Of a stretch of 61,905 nucleotides of DNA, positions 1 to 6,075 are shown piece by piece. Below the pieces are notes generated by a model. The model saw only the letters and a list, made by a program, of their open reading frames with translations, was not told the DNA's origin and made no database searches. This DNA is from an uncultured Thermoplasmata archaeon (lineage in GTDB: Archaea; Thermoplasmatota; Thermoplasmata; Halarchaeoplasmatales; Halarchaeoplasmataceae). A program made the position numbers and the translations under genes. The stretch's first letter is position 1. Each line of letters opens with the position of its first letter. The stretch spans positions 1-61,905 of the forward strand of contig CAZEXI010000006.1 of assembly GCA_964516805.1 (NCBI GenBank), read 5' to 3'.

Positions 1-512
1 ATAACCCTATATCTACAAAAAAAGCAAATGAATATCTTGTAGATGAAAGGATGGAAGCGATACTCTCGATCGATGCTACAAAAGGAAATAGGATACACAA
101 CCAAAAAGGATTCGCTATAACTCCTACCATCAAAGACGGTTGGATACTGAAAGTCAATGAAGACCTGTTAGATATACAGGAGAAAGTAACAGGTGAACTA
201 CCTACAACTTTGACTACCACAATGCAGGATATAACTCCTTACGGAAATAAGATACATCATACAAACAGCATATTTCAACCTGGAACTGCTTCTGACTCGC
301 CTCTTGTTGGGGTTGCTACCACAAGCGTTAGTGCGGTACCTGGTAGTGCAACAGGAGCTAATTATGTGGATGAATTATCTAAAACTTCTAAATTCATAGT
401 GGAAGTAGCAAAAGATTTCACATCTGGTAGAATCGAATTTTATGATAAAGAAGAACTAAGAAAGTTAAAGGATTTATACGGATCTATGGAAGAACTTCAG
501 GGAAAATCATAG
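1..512 (+). CDS. hypothetical protein, C-terminal part (frame open to the left window edge)
   Basis: Track ORF 51..512. The same frame has no stop back to nt 3, so the gene probably starts outside the window. Thr/Ser/Gly-rich centre, no motif recognised. Confidence 0.4.
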   Translation, partial: NPISTKKANEYLVDERMEAILSIDATKGNRIHNQKGFAITPTIKDGWILKVNEDLLDIQEKVTGELPTTLTTTMQDITPYGNKIHHTNSIFQPGTASDSPLVGVATTSVSAVPGSATGANYVDELSKTSKFIVEVAKDFTSGRIEFYDKEELRKLKDLYGSMEELQGKS

Positions 513-1841
513 TTTATTCAATATTCCTTTACCAGCCAAAATACCTGTAGCTGCTGCATTGACGATATCGTGTGATAAACCTGCTCCATCACCAGCTGCG
601 AATAGGCTTGAAATACTCGTTTCAAATCTATCATCGATCCGTAATCTTTTAGCATAGAATTTAATCTCTGGAGCATAGAGTAATGTTGATGAAGAATCTA
701 CTCCAGGGATTATTTTATCTAGATTCTTTAATCCCTCCTTGATGTTGATAACAGCCCTTTCAGGGAGTGCCATGGATATATCACCTGGAGTTACATCGTC
801 TAAAGTTGGTTGTACAGGATTTCTAGCTAATCGCTCTTTGGTAGACCTTCTTCCATCTTTAAGGTCCCCCATCCTTTGAACTATCGGTCTACCTCCACCT
901 ATTGTGGTCGCTAAAGAAGCTATAGCTCTTCCATATTTCGTCGTATCCTCTAATGGTTCGGTTAACTGGATCCTTACAAGGAAAGCAAAGTTGGTGTTTT
1001 CACTTTCAATGTCTTTCCTTGAATGTCCATTAACTCCGATTATACCATCGTATTTCTCTTTGACAACGAAACCTCTATGGTTAGTACAAAAAGTCCTCAC
1101 AAAATCATCATAACTCTTTGTGTAAAAGTGAAATTTTGGATCTCTATTTACTTCGATTATCGGATCCATTATTATACTGGGAACTTCGACTCTAACTCCG
1201 ATATCTATAGGACCAAAACTTGCATCTAAAGGGTACTCTTCTGTTAATCTCTGTACCCAGTCGATACCCACTCTACCAGGAGCTAAAATAGTGTTCTTAG
1301 AACGATATTCTTCATCATCCGTACTGATCACCCCTTTACACTCATCTTCTTCTATCAGAAGATCTCTTATCTCTGTTTCCACCAAAAATTCAACTCCTCT
1401 ATCTTCTAGCTCTTTTTTCAGAGATTTTATCACTGCAGGAGCTTTGTCTGAACCGATATGAGCCTGGATTATAGGAAAAAATTTACCTCCTTCAGAAGCG
1501 GCTTTTCTCTTCAATCGTTCAACCTTTTCTGAATTCTCTTTATTTGGTTCAGGCATACCATGTTTACTCAAGACGTCCGAGATGTAGTTGACGAGATTCC
1601 ATGCATCTCTATCGTTCTTAGTATAATCTTTAAGATTTCCACCAATGTCAGGTCTTAAATTTACGGTTCCGTCAGAATAAGTTCCCGCTCCACCAATTCC
1701 AGACATTATCTCATGCTCAGGCCTGTTATCGATGTCTTTACCTTTTTCAATAACCAATATATCTAGATCTTCCTTACTTAATTCGTAACTGGCGAACATG
1801 CCTGCAGGGCCAGCACCGACGATGATTACATCATATTCCAT
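507..1841 (-). CDS. FAD-dependent dehydrogenase (uncharacterised COG2509-like family)
   Basis: N-terminal dinucleotide-binding motif DVIIVGAGPAGMFAS and C-terminal AAGDGAG motif; 444 aa. Confidence 0.7.
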   Translation of the reverse strand: MEYDVIIVGAGPAGMFASYELSKEDLDILVIEKGKDIDNRPEHEIMSGIGGAGTYSDGTVNLRPDIGGNLKDYTKNDRDAWNLVNYISDVLSKHGMPEPNKENSEKVERLKRKAASEGGKFFPIIQAHIGSDKAPAVIKSLKKELEDRGVEFLVETEIRDLLIEEDECKGVISTDDEEYRSKNTILAPGRVGIDWVQRLTEEYPLDASFGPIDIGVRVEVPSIIMDPIIEVNRDPKFHFYTKSYDDFVRTFCTNHRGFVVKEKYDGIIGVNGHSRKDIESENTNFAFLVRIQLTEPLEDTTKYGRAIASLATTIGGGRPIVQRMGDLKDGRRSTKERLARNPVQPTLDDVTPGDISMALPERAVINIKEGLKNLDKIIPGVDSSSTLLYAPEIKFYAKRLRIDDRFETSISSLFAAGDGAGLSHDIVNAAATGILAGKGILNKL

Positions 1842-1878
1842 CTATGAAACGCTCCATCTCACCCTAAAATAGAATAGT

Positions 1879-2325
1879 CTATTTAATCCCTTCCATTTCA
1901 AAAATCTCTTTTAAAATTTTACAAGCAACCTCATCAGAACTCAGATCATCTGTTTCTATCTTCAAATCTGTATCCGGTTCTTCGAACTTATGGAACATTA
2001 TGTGAACAATCTTTTCTTCCAACGGCTCTTTTCTCTGCTTATTTCGTTCTATACACGTTTCTAGCTCTGCTTTTAACCAAACGATTTGAACATCATCTAA
2101 GCGTCTGAATTTATCTCTGATATCTTCTCTATAGAATGTCCCGTCTAGTATCCAGTTATCATCAGAACCCTTAACTCGATCGAACATCTGGTCGTAAGTA
2201 TGTGTATTGAAATCATCAGAATGTATCATCTTAAAATCAAATCCTTTTTCATCTAACCTAGTCATCAATCTGTCACAAACTGTTGTCTTTCCTACTCCCA
2301 CTGGACCACATAGTATCACTATCAT
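1879..2325 (-). CDS. short P-loop nucleotide kinase (KTI12/PSTK-like kinase domain only)
   Basis: Walker A CGPVGVGKTT at the N-terminus. Layout resembles the KTI12/PSTK kinase domain, but at 148 aa it has no tRNA-binding extension. Confidence 0.5.
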   Translation of the reverse strand: MIVILCGPVGVGKTTVCDRLMTRLDEKGFDFKMIHSDDFNTHTYDQMFDRVKGSDDNWILDGTFYREDIRDKFRRLDDVQIVWLKAELETCIERNKQRKEPLEEKIVHIMFHKFEEPDTDLKIETDDLSSDEVACKILKEIFEMEGIK

Positions 2326-2423
2326 TAACTTTATTAATGAATTCCAAATATATAATCGTTGATAAGGGCTAGAACACCCAAAAAGTCTAAAAAGGAATAG
2401 TCCTTCTTGGCCTCTTGCTCATA

Positions 2424-2643
2424 GGGGGTATAGGGTAACACGGCATCCTCATGGGCTCCAGTTACGTGGAATGATCGCCAACCGGGTTTACTGACCAGTT
2501 AGTATTCATGGAATGATGATTAACTGGAGCGGTGACCCGTAGTTCATAACACGCGTGGGAACCGGAATTCCTGCAGGATTCCATCAAGAGTTTCCCTGCG
2601 TGGAGGAAACCCGTTGATCGGGGTTCAAATCCCCGTGCCCCCA
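2424..2643 (+). tRNA. tRNA-Trp (anticodon CCA) interrupted by a ~147-nt intron at 37/38
   Basis: 5' exon 2424-2461: acceptor GGGGGUA, D arm GGGU/AUCC, anticodon stem AUGGG, loop CUCCAG with CCA at 2458-2460. 3' exon 2609-2643: A38, CCCGU closing the anticodon stem, variable UGAU, T arm CGGGG-UUCAAAU-CCCCG, acceptor UGCCCCC, discriminator A. CCA is not encoded. My hand fold leaves one extra nt between the D and anticodon stems. Confidence 0.85.
2462..2608 (+). ncRNA. tRNA-Trp intron carrying a box C/D guide RNA (predicted targets C34 and nt 39 of the same tRNA)
   Basis: Box C-like AUGAUCG 2471-2477, D' CUGA 2491-2494, C' AUGAUGA 2513-2519, D-like GUGA 2532-2535. The 5th nt upstream of D' (g2486) pairs with C39 (2610). 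The 5th nt upstream of D (g2527) pairs with C34 (2458). Splice sites are good to +/-1-2 nt. CUCCA 2456-2460 can pair with UGGAG 2601-2605 as the central helix of a relaxed bulge-helix-bulge. Confidence 0.75.
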
Positions 2644-2652
2644 CTATACCTC

Positions 2653-2685
2653 AGGTTCATAACGTCAAGAATAATTCCCTACTTT
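2653..2685 (+). repeat. strongly decayed extra copy of the tRNA-Trp 3' end (att-like remnant)
   Basis: AGGTTCATAAC (2653-2663) is identical to the first 11 nt of the copy at 4597. The tail TCCCTACT resembles TCCCACTAT of that copy. Confidence 0.35.
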
Positions 2686-2730
2686 CTCCGAAAAAACTCG
2701 ATTATACGATGGAAGATCCAACCAACACTA

Positions 2731-3075
2731 TTAGGATTGTTTCTCTTCACCTTCGTACAATATGATTTTGACTTTTTCTTCAGTTATCAATCCTTCTTTT
2801 ATTATTGCATCTAATTTTGGTTTGATCCTTTCGATATTCTCTTCTTTATCAGCAACTTCTATCACTATCGGTAAATCTGTTGAAAGTCTTAGAATAGACG
2901 TGGTGTGAAAATGACTCGTTTTTCCAAAACCCGATATCCCTCGTAAAACAGTAGCCCCAGCGATCCCTTCTTTTTTCAACATCTCGATTATATACTTGTG
3001 CATTTTCTTTCCTTTGTATTCATCATCCTCTCCGATGAATATCCTCAACAAGATAGCTTCCGATTCTTTTTTCAT
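2731..3075 (-). CDS. DUF190 (PII-like) protein, usual partner of CrcB
   Basis: 114 aa with a GATVLRGISGFG motif typical of DUF190. Overlaps the crcB stop by 4 nt (operon). Confidence 0.7.
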   Translation of the reverse strand: MKKESEAILLRIFIGEDDEYKGKKMHKYIIEMLKKEGIAGATVLRGISGFGKTSHFHTTSILRLSTDLPIVIEVADKEENIERIKPKLDAIIKEGLITEEKVKIILYEGEEKQS

Positions 3076-3458
3076 ATGTTGACACCACCGTAATATTCAA
3101 CGATTATCTTTCCTAGATATATGCCTAGAAATGCGAGGGTGATGGTCCCGACTAAGTTGTACCCGAACAATAAAATTTCTTTATCCTCCAATAACTGAAA
3201 TGATTCATAACTGAATGACGACATAGTGGTGAAAGCTCCAAGCAGTCCGATGGTAAGGAATATTCTAGTTTTTTCGGTAAAGAAACCCTCGTATTCCGAA
3301 AGATACATCACTAAACTTAAGATAAAACAGCCGATAAAGTTCACCGCCATCGTACCTACGGGAAACGTGATTATATTGTTCTGTACCCATCCACTTATCA
3401 AGTATCTCAACACGGCTCCAAAGAATCCGCCTATTCCTATTATTAATAATATATACAT
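3072..3458 (-). CDS. crcB: fluoride ion channel CrcB/Fluc
   Basis: 128 aa, four TM segments, GGFFGAVLRY N-terminal motif and GAFTTMSSF motif. Preceded by a fluoride riboswitch. Confidence 0.85.
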   Translation of the reverse strand: MYILLIIGIGGFFGAVLRYLISGWVQNNIITFPVGTMAVNFIGCFILSLVMYLSEYEGFFTEKTRIFLTIGLLGAFTTMSSFSYESFQLLEDKEILLFGYNLVGTITLAFLGIYLGKIIVEYYGGVNI

Positions 3459-3482
3459 GATTTACACCTTGGCTTATTAGAA

Positions 3483-3538
3483 CAGAAGTCATCAGCCAAA
3501 GGCGGTTTTGGATTTAACCAGGGCGGACTTCATCGCCT
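3483..3538 (-). promoter_or_regulatory. fluoride riboswitch (crcB motif)
   Basis: Minus strand reads GGCGAUGAAGUCCGCCC...GCCUUUGGCUGAUGACUUCUG. This matches the remembered Thermotoga petrophila aptamer GGCGAUGAGGCCCGCCC...GGGCUGAUGGCCUCUACUG, including the pseudoknot pair GAAGUC/GACUUC. About 25 nt upstream of the crcB ATG, with AAGGUG as a Shine-Dalgarno (SD) ribosome-binding site between them. Confidence 0.8.
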
Positions 3539-3710
3539 ATTTCAAAATGAAATACTCATAGTTAATATACTTTATTACAAACTGTATTATTGGATTGAGC
3601 ACATAATATTGTAAACTCTTTTTAAAATCTGTAAAATAGGCAAAGACTGGTAAATAGACAAAATAAAAACAAAAACTTTATTATCATATAATATCATAAA
3701 CTAATAATAA

Positions 3711-4037
3711 GTGATAAAAATGCCGACTTCATACAGCATCCCTCAGGTATATGAGGATGAGATAGAAGCCATAGTCAAGGCAGGATACTACTCTAGCAAA
3801 TCAGATGTAGTTAGAGATGCGATACGCCTACTTTTCGAGACTAAAAGCAATCTTAAACTTTCTGCAGCTATAGAGATGTACAAGGAAGGAAAAGTGACCT
3901 TGAGTAAAGCCGCTGAGTTAGCGGGATCAGATACGATCTCATTTAAAGAGATATTGAAGGACAGGGGGATCAAGGTCGAGGTTCAAGTGGAGAACAAAGA
4001 AAAACTGGAAAAAAAGTCAAAACTGCTCGACGAGTGA
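3711..4037 (+). CDS. antitoxin: ribbon-helix-helix (CopG-like) N-domain plus UPF0175 C-domain
   Basis: SDVVRDAIRLLFE is an RHH signature. KVTLSKAAELAGSDTISFKEIL is the UPF0175 HTH signature. The ATG at 3720 may be the real start. Confidence 0.7.
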   Translation: MIKMPTSYSIPQVYEDEIEAIVKAGYYSSKSDVVRDAIRLLFETKSNLKLSAAIEMYKEGKVTLSKAAELAGSDTISFKEILKDRGIKVEVQVENKEKLEKKSKLLDE

Positions 4038-4045
4038 TGTAAAGG

Positions 4046-4552
4046 ATGGATAAAAGACCAATAATGGTAGATACCAATATACTTTCTACATTCGCTAAAA
4101 TCGATAGATTTGAGTTACTTTTCGAGATAATGGATAGAGAAGAATTGTATATCTCAACTTCGGTTCTGCATGAACTCGATATAGCAGAAAACATGGGTTA
4201 TGATTTCGTTCAGATCATCTTTGATTACATCGATAAAGAGAGAATCTCAATCCTCTCCATGGGTGACGAAGAGAGTAACTTATTTTTAGATCTGCCAGAT
4301 TCATTCGGCAAGGGGGAAAGAGAATCAGTAGCCATATCAAAGTCTCGTGACTATATCTTCGTCAGCAACGAAACTAGGGTGAAAAATTACTGTGATAGAA
4401 ATGATATCGATATCGTAGATCTATCGACATTATTAAGACGAGCATGGAAAGTAGGGCTGAAAGAAAAAGAAACCGTGAAGAAGATCGTCGAAGAAATCGA
4501 AGATAAAGATAACATAATCTTCAAAGACAGAACTATTATCTTTGAGAGGTAG
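4046..4552 (+). CDS. PIN-domain toxin (DUF3368-type, partner of UPF0175)
   Basis: N-terminal IMVDTNILSTF (PIN acidic Asp), GKGERESVAI and FVSNE motifs. Lies 9 nt downstream of the antitoxin gene. Confidence 0.7.
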   Translation: MDKRPIMVDTNILSTFAKIDRFELLFEIMDREELYISTSVLHELDIAENMGYDFVQIIFDYIDKERISILSMGDEESNLFLDLPDSFGKGERESVAISKSRDYIFVSNETRVKNYCDRNDIDIVDLSTLLRRAWKVGLKEKETVKKIVEEIEDKDNIIFKDRTIIFER

Positions 4553-4596
4553 TTGAAGTATCTTGGTAAGTGTTTATGATTTAGTAACACTAATAA

Positions 4597-4628
4597 AGGT
4601 TCATAACTTCCGTGCCCCATCCCACTAT
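4597..4628 (+). repeat. degenerate direct copy of the tRNA-Trp 3' end (att-like remnant)
   Basis: GGTTCATAACTTCCGTGCCCCATCCCACTAT versus tRNA GGTTCAAATCCCCGTGCCCCCACTAT (2622-2647). The blocks CCGTGCCCC and CCCACTAT are identical. Confidence 0.55.
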
Positions 4629-4783
4629 TAATTGAAAGTGTATATTTTTAAAAATATTTTTTCTTTTTACTTATCAAAACAGTATCAATTTTATTTTCTA
4701 AAATTTTCCTACTTCACTCCTTATTCATATTGTTTTAACTCATGAAATGTTTATAAGAAAAGGATCTTAAGGTATTTGAAATA

Positions 4784-5359
4784 TCACTCAAATTCTCCTT
4801 TCAACGTTCCATACTGCAGGATATGTCTTTCCATAGCTTTCTGCAGATCTTCTTTCCTGGCATCTGGACTTAAATCCAACTCAGTATCTAAAACATAGAT
4901 TTTGAATTCATATTCATGACTTCCAAAAGGTGGTTTTGGCCCTCGGTAATAATGTTTACCTCCATAGTGACTTTTACCTTGTACAGCATCTCCAAGAGAA
5001 GGCAATTTCTCTCCTTTCGGAATTCCCTCTGGTATTTCATCGGACTCAGCAGGAATATTCCATATCAACCAGTGATTGTACATGCCAACAGGATGGTCTA
5101 AATCATCCATGATCACCGCAATAGTCTTTGCTTCTTGATCTATGGAACCTAGTTTTAAAGGTGGGGAAACATCTTTTCCCCTTCCTGTGTATTTTATTGG
5201 TATCTTTCCTCCATCTTCAAAAGCTTCGCTTGTTACCTCTAAATCGATCTCTGGATTAACATAATCACCTTCATTCGTGATTCTTAGGTATATAACAACT
5301 GTTATAAGTATAACTATAAAGAGAACAAAAATGATTCCAACCCATATAAGAATTCCCAT
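4784..5359 (-). CDS. membrane-anchored PEBP/YbhB-YbcL family protein
   Basis: N-terminal TM helix, then PEBP motifs DDLDHP..YNHWLIWN and GSHEYEFKIYVLD. Confidence 0.75.
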   Translation of the reverse strand: MGILIWVGIIFVLFIVILITVVIYLRITNEGDYVNPEIDLEVTSEAFEDGGKIPIKYTGRGKDVSPPLKLGSIDQEAKTIAVIMDDLDHPVGMYNHWLIWNIPAESDEIPEGIPKGEKLPSLGDAVQGKSHYGGKHYYRGPKPPFGSHEYEFKIYVLDTELDLSPDARKEDLQKAMERHILQYGTLKGEFE

Positions 5360-5409
5360 TTTCTAACACCTTACTTGAGATTGAGCTTAAATATAAAAAG
5401 AAAAGGTTT

Positions 5410-6003
5410 TTAGTGTATAATCTCAGCGTGCTCCTCAAAAGGCATGACTGATAGGTGAGGCATCATCTCCTTGAAACCTTCTCTTATCTCTTCGATTTTG
5501 TGGAATTTTTCATGACTTTCCCTGCTGTTCCAGTAAGTTATCATTATATACTTTGTAGGATTGATCTCTATCTCTTCACGCTCTCCACGCAGCATAGATC
5601 CCCCGTAGGCAACATCAGTTGCTTTGACTACCTTTGTTCCAATGAAACCTTCTTTGTCCATGGTGAACTGACAAAGCTCTTCCATCATCTCCTCTACCTC
5701 TTCTTCGTGTCCTGGTTTAACAGATAAGTAATTAAGTGCGCTGACCATTGGTTTTCCTATCCATTCGTGTTCATCGAATTCTTCCACAGGTAATTCTTCA
5801 ACATCTATCTCATTTTCCTCTAGATATTCTATTGCCATCTCAGTTCTTTTTCTTCTAGGACCACAGTAAACTCTTACTGATTTATCTTTCAAAAAATCCA
5901 GATAAAAACCAAGATCCCAAACTGGTATATTCAAAGCATCTTCTATATGATTCATATAGTACTCTTCCCTCGTCTTTACATCTATTATCAAATCCATAAT
6001 CAT
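5410..6003 (-). CDS. rhodanese-like domain fused to an ABM (antibiotic-biosynthesis-monooxygenase-like) domain
   Basis: N-terminus: IDVKTREEY..HIEDALNIP and a Cys loop VYCGPRRKRT. C-terminus: ferredoxin-like ABM pattern ALNYLSVKPGHEEE...ITYWNSRESHEKF. Confidence 0.6.
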   Translation of the reverse strand: MIMDLIIDVKTREEYYMNHIEDALNIPVWDLGFYLDFLKDKSVRVYCGPRRKRTEMAIEYLEENEIDVEELPVEEFDEHEWIGKPMVSALNYLSVKPGHEEEVEEMMEELCQFTMDKEGFIGTKVVKATDVAYGGSMLRGEREEIEINPTKYIMITYWNSRESHEKFHKIEEIREGFKEMMPHLSVMPFEEHAEIIH

Positions 6004-6075
6004 CCTTCACAATATAACTGGTTGATAATATAAATAGTTATTTAATTGGTGAAAAAAATAAAAAAGGTAAAAGTT

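Noticed and set aside
1879-2325. O-phosphoseryl-tRNA(Sec) kinase (PSTK), which would imply selenocysteine use
   Set aside because: Only the ~150-aa P-loop kinase core is present, without the C-terminal tRNA-binding domain. No in-frame TGA-containing genes or other Sec machinery were seen.
2462-2644. Track ORFs 2462..2644(-) and 4387..4620(-) (MGARGFEP... / MGHGSYEP...)
   Set aside because: They are translations of the reverse complement of tRNA-Trp (intron and 3' exon) and of its degenerate 3'-end copy. They are not genes. Their similarity simply reflects the DNA repeat.
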